Notes: generated by a model from the letters alone, not told the origin. Positions 11,132 to 23,384 are shown, numbered from the whole stretch's first letter. The stretch: 63,377 nt of DNA, filler included, from Trichomonas gallinae (GCA_008369845.1; 5 parts of 5 records of this genome joined end to end with filler, not necessarily neighbours in it), one strand, 5' to 3'. Numbers and translations: made by a program.

Positions 11132-11851
11132 TATCTAATAATATATATATTTGTTTAATGTTTTATAAATATTATGTATTTGTTAATAACATCATCTTTA
11201 TATCAATATTTCCATCAAGTTCATAAATATTAAAAAATTAAAAATTAAAAAAACTTGGGTAAAATCTGTAAATTAGATTCAGAAGTTGAATTTAATTAAT
11301 AATTCAAATGTATTAGCATCAATTTGGGATTGGAAATTGCATCGAAATTAATTTGCAATTATTTTTGCAAAATATATCATAAAAGAATCTGCACTAGTAG
11401 TACATTATACATCTCCCACAGTTATTTGTATTTCATAGTCTTTTAGATTTTAAAACATAATCATAGAAGATATTTCACGCATCAGATTTATTCGAAGAAA
11501 ACATATAATATAATATAATTTTGTATTCGTACATATTTGGGAAAGAATGCTAACAAAAGGCTATCATTTGAAAGCGTTTGGACTTCTCTCAATATTGAGA
11601 AATGAATGAAACAGTTCAAAGAATGAAAATAAAATAGATCAATTGAATTACGTCAAAAGCCAATGTAAAGTGTGGGTCTACGCAATCCCAAAAATGTGAT
11701 TTTAATGATGAAATCGTTTAAAGTTGGATCAAATAGAAATAAGGTTAAATTTTTAATCGCATCGAAATCAAATAAACTATTACAGTGATGAGTGTTGACA
11801 AATTTATGAAATAAAATTGGAAATTTGTTTATTTTTCTTGGAGATCTGATA

Positions 11852-12361
11852 ATGATTCGTCCTTGTACATTAGCAGACATCCCTGCTTTGCAGGCAATCA
11901 GCAGAAAAACATTCAAGGATACATTTGCTGACACTAATACTGAATCAGACATGGCCAAATTCCTTGATGATGCATATAATATTCCAAAATTAACGCGTGA
12001 GATGCAAAATAAGAACACACAGTTCTACTTTGCCATGGTTGATGGAAAAGTAGGCGGTTATTTAAAGGTAAACATGGAAGATGCTCAATCCGAAAAACAT
12101 TCTAATGATTATCTCGAAATAGAAAGGATCTATGTAGACCGCGACTTCAAGAGACAGGGAATTGGCAAGAAATTAATCAACTACGCTGAAACTATTGCAA
12201 AAATTTACGGAAAACCAAAAGCATGGCTTGGAGTTTGGGAACACAACGACAACGCACTTGCTTTCTACAAGTCAATGGGATACAAGCAAGTTGGCCACCA
12301 TACTTTTACTGTTGGCAATGATCCACAAACAGATTTAATTTTCGAAAAGAAACTTGAATAA
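11852..12361 (+). CDS. paiA: PaiA-like GNAT spermidine/spermine N-acetyltransferase (bacterial type)
   Basis: TFKDTF, GYLKVNMEDAQSE, LEIERIYV, RQGIGKKL (acetyl-CoA motif A), WLGVWEHNDNALAFYK and QTDLI match my recollection of Bacillus PaiA end to end. First ATG 11852, 169 aa. Confidence 0.88.
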   Translation: MIRPCTLADIPALQAISRKTFKDTFADTNTESDMAKFLDDAYNIPKLTREMQNKNTQFYFAMVDGKVGGYLKVNMEDAQSEKHSNDYLEIERIYVDRDFKRQGIGKKLINYAETIAKIYGKPKAWLGVWEHNDNALAFYKSMGYKQVGHHTFTVGNDPQTDLIFEKKLE

Positions 12362-12678
12362 AGCATATAATAGATAAGTATACAAACCATATATGATTTT
12401 TTATAGTCAACAAACAAAAATAAAGTTCAAAATGAATCAATTATGAAAAAGTTTGATATTTGATTTATTAGCTATCACACATTATAACTCTTAACTCACA
12501 GAGGATTTTGAAGAATAAATATATTTAAAATTATTTTTATTATGAAATCATCTCATAATATTCATAATATAGATAATATAGAAGGTGGTTTTATAGTAAT
12601 ACTGGATAGATTGTGATAAAACATAAATTAACCATGATATTTATAATAAAACATAAACAACAATACATTAATAAAGAA

Positions 12679-13611
12679 TTAGTGCTTTGTGGATCTAGAC
12701 GGGCATCTCCTGAAAGGAATGACTGAAACTTTTGGAAAAATCGTTTGATCAAGCTTTTTCGGCCTGATAATGACGCTGTGAACAGATGAGCTTAGGCTTA
12801 GTATGTTCCTCTTGGAGTTGGCGACCGGATTATAGTTCTTGAAATAAGGTAATAATAACAATTCCGAAACTGTTGGGCGAAGATCAGGATTCGCATTCAG
12901 GCATTTTGTAACTAACTGCCTGAGGAATGGATTTCTGATCATGAAGATTGGATAATTTCCATCCTCAATTACTTTCAATAATAAACTTCCGCAGGAAGCC
13001 ATAAATGGGTAGCTCTTTGTTGCCATGTAGAAGAATGTGACACCAAGGGACCAAATATCGGCTTTGATTGGGTTGTATTGAGTTTTTTTCAAAATCTCAG
13101 GAGCCATGAAGAGAGTAGTACCTTTATATGAGGAGCACTTCTCGTTTTCCTCGTACATATGTGATAAACCGAAATCACATACTTTAATTCTGCCGTATTT
13201 ATCAACTAAAAAGTTTGATGGCTTTATATCATTGTGTGCAATGTTTTTCTCGTGGCATGCTTCGATTGCTATCAATATGTCATGGATATACTTTATGAGT
13301 TGATCATCATTAAGTCCTTCTTCCCTTTTGATAAGTCTCTCGAGATCAAAAGGACAATATTCCATGAACATATAGACATAATCACCAACATAATAGTAGC
13401 TATATAAGTTAATCATGTTGACATGATCAATGTTTTTCATGCAATCGACTTCAGACTGGTTAAATCTTTTAACAGGAACCTTTTTCATTGCAAATTTAAC
13501 ATTATACTTTCCTGAATTTACCAAATATATCTCACCAAAGCCTCCCTTAGCTATCTCCGACTCTATAGTAATCTGTTTCTCTTGGAAGAAAGCAAGTTCT
13601 TCCTGATTCAT
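12679..13611 (-). CDS. Ser/Thr kinase, trichomonad-expanded CAMK-like family (non-RD, HND)
   Basis: KGGFG, FAMKK, HNDIKPSN, DFG, FMAPE, DIWSLG. First ATG 13611 is preceded by initiator-like TTCACA. Confidence 0.92.
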   Translation of the reverse strand: MNQEELAFFQEKQITIESEIAKGGFGEIYLVNSGKYNVKFAMKKVPVKRFNQSEVDCMKNIDHVNMINLYSYYYVGDYVYMFMEYCPFDLERLIKREEGLNDDQLIKYIHDILIAIEACHEKNIAHNDIKPSNFLVDKYGRIKVCDFGLSHMYEENEKCSSYKGTTLFMAPEILKKTQYNPIKADIWSLGVTFFYMATKSYPFMASCGSLLLKVIEDGNYPIFMIRNPFLRQLVTKCLNANPDLRPTVSELLLLPYFKNYNPVANSKRNILSLSSSVHSVIIRPKKLDQTIFPKVSVIPFRRCPSRSTKH

Positions 13612-15636
13612 ATTTGTGAACTTAAAAAAACAATTCAAAAATGAAAAATCACTAAATTGGTTTAGTTTGGCATATGCATATACCACTGCGCAGAAGATTG
13701 AAGATTGAAAACTGAGTTAACAAAATTTTGAGAAGATTCTCAATTATAGGAGATTTTCATAATAATTGATATGTATACATTATATAATGCTTTTTACTTG
13801 TTCAATTTTGAATTACATTCAAAATTACGACATTTTAAGATGCAAAAATATCATTTACCATATCATAATAGTCAATTGTTGAGAATTGTAATAAATATTT
13901 TTTCAATTGGCAGTTAAATTTTTCTGTAATTGAAAGTTAATTCCTTTTTATTATATATTGATGTACTAACGATACTTTCAATATTTTGTACTGTAACAAT
14001 TATGGGATTTTACACTGAATTGAAAAATAAATTACATTTCCGTACTAAAATTGCTGTAGAAAAAGAATTAAGTCTGTTGAAAAACGAAATACTGAATTGT
14101 ATCTGTTTTCATAATTTTGAAATGAATTTTTTGAACAGTATTATTTTGGGTATAATTTAAAGTAAAATCGTGAGAGTAATGACTATTTGATTGTTTTTCT
14201 TGCGTTTCTAACCTTTCTTTATCCATCAGCTTCTGGACAAATTTGCATCACCAATGACTTTCCATATAACCTCAAATATAAGACTTATATGGATAGTATA
14301 TGCATTTTCTTCAATAAAATACTGAGCTTGTCAAAGAAAAAAAAACGAGTCAAAAATTATCCAGACTCAATCACTACCATTCATGTGTATTTATGTATCA
14401 CTCATGATTTCTATGTATTTCACCAGTTGATATGCAGTATTACTGACATTCAATATCTTCACAATTAACAAAACAAGTATTATCCAAGAATTTGTCAGCA
14501 GACAAATTTCTATGATGCACCTAAGGTAGATATAATGTTTAATAGATATATATCAGTCTGCGAGTTATGAGTGAAATTTCAATATCATAAAAATGTATTA
14601 TATATATATTTCGCAGGTGTTTTTTATATGCATGCTAGATTAGAACCATATTTGCGTCATATTAATCAGACACCAATAGGTTCGAAGAAATTTTTCAATT
14701 TTGTAATACGGCATAACCATATAATGAGGATATTGATTTGCGTAGATATCTTAAAACCACAATATTAGCTTGAAACCGAAATATGGCGTAATAAATTTAT
14801 TTTATAAGCTTATTTTATAAATTTTTATCGAGCAATATAAATCGAAGAATTAACATCCGAAACATAAAGCGCTTGATGTATATATTTTTATTTCATATTC
14901 TGTAGAATCTAAATATAAATGTAAATTTTGAGATTATCCAAACGATCGAATTAAGTTAGGATTCAATTCATACGTATTCATTATCAAGCTGATGCTCTGT
15001 TTTTAGCCAGAGGCAGGTCAATAATCATAATCGTTTGTTTGACTGAAATAAATTGATTTTTTGACATGTAAACGAAATATTTTTGACAAAATATATAAGT
15101 ATTGGATCAAATATAGTACCATTGATATCGATGATGTGAGTGAATTATTAATGAAAAAACAACAAGATTTGTTTTCGTTGAAATATAAAAATATCAAAAC
15201 TAAGAAAAATACACGCTCTACACACTATTCTGGGTGGAATTAGCAGAAAATTTATGTACTCATCAACAGTAAAAGAGCTTTCTTCACAAAATATCATTTT
15301 TTCAAAAACACATTGAATTTAAATTGAATTAGGATAAATTTTATGTTATATTTTAGATATATATCAAATAATAATGATATTTTTCGTGTAAAATATTTTG
15401 GATATTACTCACAATTTTTTCAATTGGCATTCACAAAATATTGGAAATCTTAATGGTGTTATTTTTAAATGTAACTTTATATAAATCAAAATGCAAAAAT
15501 AATATTTTACTTCATTCAAAAGTTTCAAAAGAATTCATTTCCGAAGTTAAACACGTTAAATTCTATAATTCTTATCTATACATATTTGTTAATATAGCAA
15601 AATTCCAAGAAATCTTCGACAATGGTGTAAAAAAAC

Positions 15637-15642
15637 TCATTT
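15637..15642 (+). promoter_or_regulatory. Initiator (Inr)-like element
   Basis: TCATTT ending 8 nt before ATG 15651; matches the trichomonad Inr TCA[T/C][T/A]. Confidence 0.6.
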
Positions 15643-15650
15643 TTTTGATT

Positions 15651-16601
15651 ATGGATGATCAAGAGCGTGACTTTTTCGATAAACAAGGCATAGAATTCAC
15701 AAGGGTCATTGCAGAAGGAGGCTTTGGTGTCATCTATTTGGTCTACCACAGCGTATATGATCAGCATTTCGCGCTCAAAAAAGTTCCTGAAGATCGTTTC
15801 AAAGAAGATGAAGTAGAATGCTTGAAACAGTTGGATCAGCCTAATATTATCAGTCTCTACAACACCTACAAGTTCCAGGATTACGTATATCTTTTAATGG
15901 AGTATTGTCCATACGATTTGTACCATTTACTCAAGAAATCGCCAGACACACCAATAGAAACTCTCGGAAAGTACTGCCACGACATCCTTATGGCGATAAA
16001 AGCATGCCATGACCATAACATTGCTCATAACGATATCAAGCCATCTAACTTGTTAATCGATAAATATGGTAGAATCAAAATCTGTGACTTCGGTTTATCA
16101 TCTGTATACGATGATATGAAGTGTAAATCAACTTACAAAGGTACAATGTTATTCATGGCTCCTGAATTATTCAGAAAACAAGACTACAACCCAATGAAAG
16201 CAGATATTTGGGCAATTGGTGTTACATTTTATTACATGGTCACTCAAACTTATCCGTTTTACGCAAATGATAGAACAGTTCTAAAAAAGATTGTAGAAAC
16301 AGGTGTTTACGCAGTTGGTGCCGTTCCCTATCCATCTTTTATCCAGGTTATAAGCCGCTGCTTGGTGGTTGACCCAGAAAGTAGAGCTACCGTTGATGAA
16401 TTACTTGCTCTTCCTTTCTTCCATCCATACAAAGCACAGAGAATGCAGAAGAAGTCTGTTGGCATCAAAGTCACGCAATCGCAAAATTCTGTCATCATTA
16501 AACCAATATTGGCCATGAGAAATAAAATGCAAGACAGAGCTTCTCTTAAGCCATTCAAGATGAAAACTGGAAAGGCTTTCTTTATGGGCACTGGAAAATA
16601 A
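15651..16601 (+). CDS. Ser/Thr kinase, paralog of 12679-13611
   Basis: EGGFG, FALKK, HNDIKPSN, DFG, YKGTMLFMAPE. ATG 15651 aligns with the paralog start (MDDQERDFF vs MNQEELAFF) and follows initiator TCATTT. Confidence 0.92.
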   Translation: MDDQERDFFDKQGIEFTRVIAEGGFGVIYLVYHSVYDQHFALKKVPEDRFKEDEVECLKQLDQPNIISLYNTYKFQDYVYLLMEYCPYDLYHLLKKSPDTPIETLGKYCHDILMAIKACHDHNIAHNDIKPSNLLIDKYGRIKICDFGLSSVYDDMKCKSTYKGTMLFMAPELFRKQDYNPMKADIWAIGVTFYYMVTQTYPFYANDRTVLKKIVETGVYAVGAVPYPSFIQVISRCLVVDPESRATVDELLALPFFHPYKAQRMQKKSVGIKVTQSQNSVIIKPILAMRNKMQDRASLKPFKMKTGKAFFMGTGK

Positions 16602-17315
16602 CTATAATATTGTTTTTGTTGTTTGAATATTAAATTTTTTGTTTGTATTTCATATATAGAAGTTTTTAACTATGTATTTCACATTTTTACGCTGTATGCA
16701 TGGTTTTTATCATACAAAAAATTAATATTTTATAATAAATTTAAATTATTTTTATTTCGCGAGTGCTACATAGTGTTTATTGCATCAATTGTTGCATCCT
16801 TGCGAGCTTAACGAATTTGTCTGTTCCATAAAGGCTTATGTATGAATTTAACAAAACTTTTTTCAAAATCTAAATCACTGCAATGTTATGAAAATGCCAG
16901 CATTGATGCAACACTGTAATGATATCTAGCTTAAGCTGAAGAAGTGACATTAAATATAATAGCTCTTTATGATGTTATATCAATATGATAACAAGTATAT
17001 GTGTGATATACATTATATTGAAGCATTATTAAAATATTAATTTGAACTTTCTTTATCTTTGCATTATCTCATTCACCTGCTTGAGTTATTATGAAAGATC
17101 TTGAATTTCTGTGAATTATGAAAGTTGGTGACTAAAATTTATAATATTCTAATCATAGTTTTCCTATATTTAATTGCATGTTAGTCAATTTTAATTTATA
17201 TTTTTTATAAATTATTAATATTAAAGATTAGGAAGAATTAAAGAGAAATTAAGTTCTAAAGCATATAAACAATAATATTTAATATATCAAACAAAGCAAT
17301 CTATATAGAAAAAAC

Positions 17316-18758
17316 TTATGGCGGTAAAACAGCACGACATATTGGGCAAATCATTTCTTCTTCCATCCATCTGCTGAGGCATGACTCATGGAAACAATGT
17401 TTGCATGGGGTAATCATGTATTGGTCTTTAATACTGATCATTGACATGCAAATCGGACATTCAGTGTCTTCTTCAATTTTACCTGAGTGGTAGTTAAATA
17501 TTTTCGGTTTAAATGGATATGGAATGAAGAAATTGCCGCCAAATCTATTCTGTAATAAAATAATAATAACTTGAGCAAATAAATAAGAAGTAGCGATAAC
17601 GGCTATTCGAGGAGAATACACTTCCATCAAGTTGTTCTTGTACAAAGTGAAATAGTATAATGGGAACAGTCTTACCAAAGAAATTAAAATTACAAAAATT
17701 TCATCGTGTTTCTTTCTCGATGGGGCTGAAATAGAGTGTATTATCTGTGGAATGAAGAATGAATACAGATAAAGGACCGAAATAACTGGATAATCATTTA
17801 TCGAACTGAAAGCAATGCTTGCAATCGACATTGTGAGTGAAATTTCCGTGAAGAAGCCGAAAAAGATGCCCTTTAAATCGTCAGTAGCCAATTCAAGGCC
17901 TTCGTCGTTCTGAGATCTCCAAATTCGGCTGATCTGGTTGATATGGAGGCTGAGATACAGAACCATCATCGCAATGAATAAGAAGCAGTAAAGGGCAACG
18001 AAATTCCAGACTGTCATAGCAAGTTCAAAAATTAAAAGTCCGTAGGCGAAGTCAAAACTAAAATGAAGTATGTATGTGTGAACTGATAACAATTCAAGTG
18101 ATCCTTGAGTCTCAAACTTGAATTTTAATGATGACCAGGCGTAATAATTTATTATTAATGAAATAGCAGTGAGAACGCCAAAAATAAGTCCTTCTCTGAC
18201 ATATGCAGGTACATTAAATAGCTTTCCATTAAACGGAATGGATTGTTTCGGTAAAAAGATCATTCCATTCATTGAATTCGGAAGATCAAAGGTAGAAGTT
18301 ACCTGTTGGTGAGTAGTCATTTTAAAAGTTAAACCAACAACAGTTGTCGATTTTAATTTATCTTGGACTTGATTCTGTAATTCGATATAAATTCTTGATG
18401 GATGATTAAAATCAAGGATTCCTTGCATCGTAGCTGACTTGTGTAAGATTGATATAAGTGTTTTATCACTAGTATTTGTTACATATGGCACCGAAATCAA
18501 ATAATAAAACGAATCATTTTTATCTACAAGGCCATAGAACTGCATTTTGTATTTTGGGAATCTAACAAATGATGTATTTGTGAAAGAAACATTCGCAGTT
18601 ACAACATTCAATCCATCTATCGAGATTGGTTCCGAAAGATCCATTTGTATCCGCGATTTCTGGACTTTAGACACATTTTGGAATACATTGACACTCGTTG
18701 TCCAGTTGCCTCTGTAATACAGATTCATGTTGGTTCTGATTCCCAATATACAAAACAT
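17316..18758 (-). CDS. Transmembrane RING-H2 E3 ubiquitin ligase (Tul1/Dsc1-like)
   Basis: Luminal N-terminus, about 7 TM segments, YSFFIPQI, LLQNRFG, C-terminal CPICM...TPCKHCFHESCLSRW...CPICR. Confidence 0.85.
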   Translation of the reverse strand: MFCILGIRTNMNLYYRGNWTTSVNVFQNVSKVQKSRIQMDLSEPISIDGLNVVTANVSFTNTSFVRFPKYKMQFYGLVDKNDSFYYLISVPYVTNTSDKTLISILHKSATMQGILDFNHPSRIYIELQNQVQDKLKSTTVVGLTFKMTTHQQVTSTFDLPNSMNGMIFLPKQSIPFNGKLFNVPAYVREGLIFGVLTAISLIINYYAWSSLKFKFETQGSLELLSVHTYILHFSFDFAYGLLIFELAMTVWNFVALYCFLFIAMMVLYLSLHINQISRIWRSQNDEGLELATDDLKGIFFGFFTEISLTMSIASIAFSSINDYPVISVLYLYSFFIPQIIHSISAPSRKKHDEIFVILISLVRLFPLYYFTLYKNNLMEVYSPRIAVIATSYLFAQVIIILLQNRFGGNFFIPYPFKPKIFNYHSGKIEEDTECPICMSMISIKDQYMITPCKHCFHESCLSRWMEEEMICPICRAVLPP

Positions 18759-19617
18759 TTATAAAAATTAAATAAATTTTGAGAATAAATCATTTTATCG
18801 TTCATATTTTCTATTTATCGAATGAATTTTATTATATATCCAAAACTATAATGTTTTATCAAGAGAATTTTTTAAATTGAATTAATTTAAAATTGAGAAG
18901 AGATGATCACAGTTATTAAGGACTGAATTATCTTTGTAGTTACGTGTTATTAACTGAATGCATGTGATTATAGCGTAAAATCGAGTATAAGAAATTTTGT
19001 TAAAACGACATTGAATTATTTGTGAGATAGCTAAGAAAATTATTTGAATTAGCCGCGCCATTACCAACACGTAGAACTGGTTTATCTTGGAATTATTTTT
19101 ACAATAGCAAAAATTTGTGATGTTACTCAAATAATAAATATTTTTACACTTATCCAATAATATATATTGTAATCTATCAAAACACAAGAATACAGCACAA
19201 ATTTGAAAAACTCAAGCCAGTAAAAAGAAAACATTCAGTATTTTCAAAACAAGCCAGAGTTCATTGTTTTAATCCCATTCTTCATGCTATACTATAGCTA
19301 TATATTATAGTTATTGAAATATTTTTAAATATCCTCCCCTTGACTCAAAAATTTTTTCGAAAATTTATTGGACGAAAAAAGTTACTTTTTATAATTAATG
19401 TATATGAAACAAACATGCATAAAGAACACTATAATACTCAATAAGAGGCATATATTGGTTCTGTTACATTGGTTCATCAAAATATTGCGATTTTACTCCT
19501 AACAGTGGAACAATAACCAGGGATAAAAAGTGAGACGAGGGATATTCTCAAATTTTAGGCAGGGGGTGCTTCCAATTTTTTAAAATCATTATATAGCAAG
19601 AAATATGGGGGCGAAAC

Positions 19618-19717
19618 NNNNNNNNNNNNNNNNNNNNNNNNNNNNNNNNNNNNNNNNNNNNTTAATTAATTAANNNNNNNNNNNNNNNNNNNNNNNNNNN
19701 NNNNNNNNNNNNNNNNN
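19618..19717. other. Artificial assembly linker
   Basis: 44 N + TTAATTAATTAA (stops in all six frames) + 44 N. Confidence 0.97.
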
Positions 19718-20217
19718 AATGGTCACTATGTGCTCATTCTATATTATTAATTTACAGAATTTTTAGTTGTATTTTTCTGCCGGACAACCTTTGCATTGTA
19801 TCATCTTCAGTTGTGGTTTCAAATATTGCGAAATCAAGGAAAAACCCTGCAGTGATGCACCCAGCACTCACAATATAATTAAAATATTTATTCATATTTC
19901 GTATAAACTGCGACCTTCCGTTAGTTTTGTCAAAAATATTTTGCAAAGAATTATAATGATCCATTGAAGAAAACAGTAACTTCAATGATATAGACTTCTC
20001 TAACACCTGTAGACCATAGCTTATTGTTTCGATTTCCTCTGCTATAATTGACTGTTGAGTATAATGCGTTTTGATGCGATAAAAGATCTTTACATGTCAG
20101 AAAATATCACTTTTGCTGACACTTTTTGAATACATAATTCTGTATATAATAGAGCATGCTATTTATATCATTTAATCTGCCAAAAATTCGAAAAGTGACA
20201 AATTTTAGTATTTTTCC

Positions 20218-20748
20218 ATGTCTACTGCATCAAATCAAGTTAAAGTCCTTCGCGTTGTCATTTCATCAAATATTAGTGGTTCTGTTCTCGCCGAAAAGTC
20301 AATCGATTGGAAATATGTTACAGAGCATGTAACAATCTCGAAATTGTGCCAAGTTCTTCTCCAATTAGCAACAGAGTTTGATGATGGTACTGTACAATTT
20401 GCATCTTTTGAGCCTCTGGACAATGATTCACCTCCACCATCAAGATTATCTTCGCAAAATTCGGAAACTAAATATTTAAACCTCGGTTTACTACTCAAGG
20501 ATGACATAATTACTGCTGTATTTTATAAAATTAACGCTGATAAACGTCAGCCTGAACATGCAGACTTCATTTCCCAGATTTCTCAAAAAATCCACTCAGC
20601 TTTTGCTGCAAAGCATTTACAACTCCATACAAGCCTTCGTAGTACATTAGAAAAAATAATCCAAGAAAAAGCAACAATGCCACCTGATGCAGCTCAACAA
20701 TTCGCATCTTTCTCTGAGGAAATCCCATCTCTTATTCACAAGAATTAA
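20218..20748 (+). CDS. Hypothetical protein, possibly longin-like fold
   Basis: 176-aa ATG-started ORF with AAAAGTGACA at 20191-20200. The beta-beta-alpha-beta-beta-beta-alpha pattern suggests a longin fold, but the product call is weak. Confidence 0.65.
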   Translation: MSTASNQVKVLRVVISSNISGSVLAEKSIDWKYVTEHVTISKLCQVLLQLATEFDDGTVQFASFEPLDNDSPPPSRLSSQNSETKYLNLGLLLKDDIITAVFYKINADKRQPEHADFISQISQKIHSAFAAKHLQLHTSLRSTLEKIIQEKATMPPDAAQQFASFSEEIPSLIHKN

Positions 20749-21090
20749 TTAGAAACATTTGGTTTTTATAGAATTATATATGTTCACTAGTCGTTATATA
20801 TGTAGATTATTCATTTTCATTAATTTTACAGATAAAATTAACCAAATTTAATCCAAAGCGAATAAATATCCTATTTCTATACTTATTAAATCGAAATTGT
20901 CTTAAAATAAGAATATTTTTTCTTATCTCGAATAATTTATCGCGATTAACAATTCACAATGAAGGAAATAGCTTTAATGAATTTATTAAGCAAATTGCTC
21001 AGTGACATATATGCTTAAAAATCATTAGAATTTAAAAATCAAAATTGATTTTTTAGAGGATAGAAATAATGATAAAAAGGGTGGAACAGA

Positions 21091-21849
21091 TTAAGCGCTA
21101 AGGTCATCATAAACTTCAACAGGTGTTCCAAAAATATATATTAGCTTTTGCATTACATATAATAAATTAGGGTCGTCGGCATTAGTAACCTTAACCCTGA
21201 GTAAAGATCTAGCCTGATAAGAAACTATTTCGACAGATATAAATTCGACAGAAGAGCCTGATTGAATTATTAAATTTGGAATTAAACGCTGTGCAATTTG
21301 ATTGACACCGAATATAAAGTCTCCAACTTCTCCTTTGCTATCTTGACCAACTATTTGCAATGCCGCTGGATCGCAATCTTTGATTTGCAAACTTTTTGTA
21401 ATTTGTCCATATCGAAGATATCTGCCATCTCTTATAAATACACCAGCACCGTTCTCCCAATTTAATTGCTGGAAAGAGTACGCGTGAATATTAAAGTCTG
21501 CTAATTTAACTTCATAACAGAAACAACGAGTATTAGGAGGCATTTGTGGAAGTTGCGCTAGGAAAGATTGATTTTGTGGTATTTGCATCTGTCCATACAT
21601 AATATCTGTTACTTCTGACCTTCTTCTCGAAGGAACAGGAGCAGGATCAAATAAAGTTAGTGTTGGCTCGGTTCTCCTTCTTCGCATTCGCGCTTGTGGC
21701 GTTGTTTGGAAAATATATTGATCCGGATCAAAGCCAATTTGACGAATAAAGTCAGCAGGGAGGAGGTCACTAAGTCTTCTATCATGAAATATATCAGTGC
21801 CATCAGTAGAAAATGATGTTTGAGCACCTGCAGGTTGCTCACTCATCAT
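21091..21849 (-). CDS. Hypothetical protein
   Basis: 252-aa ATG-started ORF with coding-like composition; basic stretch RMRRRR could be an NLS. Confidence 0.75.
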   Translation of the reverse strand: MMSEQPAGAQTSFSTDGTDIFHDRRLSDLLPADFIRQIGFDPDQYIFQTTPQARMRRRRTEPTLTLFDPAPVPSRRRSEVTDIMYGQMQIPQNQSFLAQLPQMPPNTRCFCYEVKLADFNIHAYSFQQLNWENGAGVFIRDGRYLRYGQITKSLQIKDCDPAALQIVGQDSKGEVGDFIFGVNQIAQRLIPNLIIQSGSSVEFISVEIVSYQARSLLRVKVTNADDPNLLYVMQKLIYIFGTPVEVYDDLSA

Positions 21850-23384
21850 CTAATAGGTGCAATAACCCTAATTATGAAACAAAAAAAAAATTTTTTTCAT
21901 GATTTTCTTGCCAGCGAATATTTCATTCATTGTCTTTTTCATATCCGAAACTAGTCGTTGAATTAACTCTGACAGCCAAAAAAAATTTCTTGAGATTTCT
22001 CTTTTTTTTCTTTAACAACTTTTGATTCTTTGTGTATTGACAATCCACAATATATTACTCATATTTTCTTGATTCTTGTTGTGAATAAGGTCAAGGCAAA
22101 ACAATCAAATGAATGTTCGTGGACAACATCACGTTAATTGAATTTCATATCATGTGGGAATGTGTTCTCTAAGAGCATTTTCCAATATCAAATAAAATTT
22201 ATTGGACACAATTGAGTATTATACATTTTCTGCATTGAGAAATCATCTAATTGATATAATAAATTGATCCTATCATTATTTTTGAATGAACAACATATGT
22301 TGCTATTCTTTGGAAAAATATTACGCTAACGACAAAAATGGAAAAGCTAAATATCAAATACTCAGCAATTCAAGTCTATTATAATAATACAAATTCTCAA
22401 TTTAAATGATTTATTAAAATAACTCTATATAGCGATAAAATCCAATAAGGATATACTAAATTCGATATTTGTTCATAGATTATCAATTTAACTCAAACAA
22501 AGTCTTCTTTTAAACAAAAAATATCAATAAATAGAACCTGAGTCGTTATCCTTATAGTTCTAAAAAGAATTCATATACATGAATATGACCTCAAAGGAAA
22601 GCAAACATTAGTCTATCGGTTAACATTATAATTTATTCTCCGGAAAAAGCGAGTATGAAGGTCTATCGCTGATATTAAAAGAGTATAACAGCTGTCCTTG
22701 TCATATACAATAACTGCGGGGCGAAAATAACAATGAAAAAAGTTTGAACAAAATGATGAATTAAACATTACATCATTTGTCCATATTGTTTACACACTCA
22801 TTTACAAGCATTCTGTGCATATTTAGTAATGCGTTGGATCATAATCATCTTTTTATTCGACCACTAATGTGCCGAAATTTTCCTATCGTTTAATTTTATA
22901 TGTAAAATCTTTATTTTGATATTTTCTAATACTGTATAATGTATATATCAAGAAATCATAAATTTTTCAAAATTTTGATCTAATCGACAAACTTTTTTGA
23001 TTATTTAGGACTTTATAACATATAGTTGCATTTTTTCACAGTTAAATCAAAAAAATGTTTGAAGGTGTAAAGAAAAATTTGATTTTGGTATTTTTAATAT
23101 GTATATATGATAAAGATTATGGATCAACAATAAAAGTGAAGATTATTTCAAAAAGCTATTTTTTTTCAATTAGAATAAGATAGATTTATATTTTTGATAT
23201 ATATTTGTATGAAAAATCGAAAAATAATTGATGAAGTCAATCATTTTAGAAAATTTAATGAAAATAGTATCTATGATACTCAAAGACCCCAAATCTTGGA
23301 TCAAAAACTGGTTTTCTCAAGAAAACATCAAAAACCGAAATAAATTTCGCTTTTTCAGAGAAAATATAAATTTATTTTTGCGCA

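Noticed and set aside
13930..15243. Short plus-strand ORFs between the divergent kinases
   Set aside because: Non-ATG starts, AT-driven I/F/K/N/Y composition and no motifs; possibly decayed sequence but not supportable.
15441..15650. 70-aa N-terminal extension of the kinase in the ORF track (similarly 13612-13686, 30620-30679, 59698-59823)
   Set aside because: Alternative-start artefacts; paralog alignment and Inr position favour the downstream ATG.
19752..20006. 84-aa minus-strand ORF next to the first linker
   Set aside because: GTG start, no recognisable homology, short.
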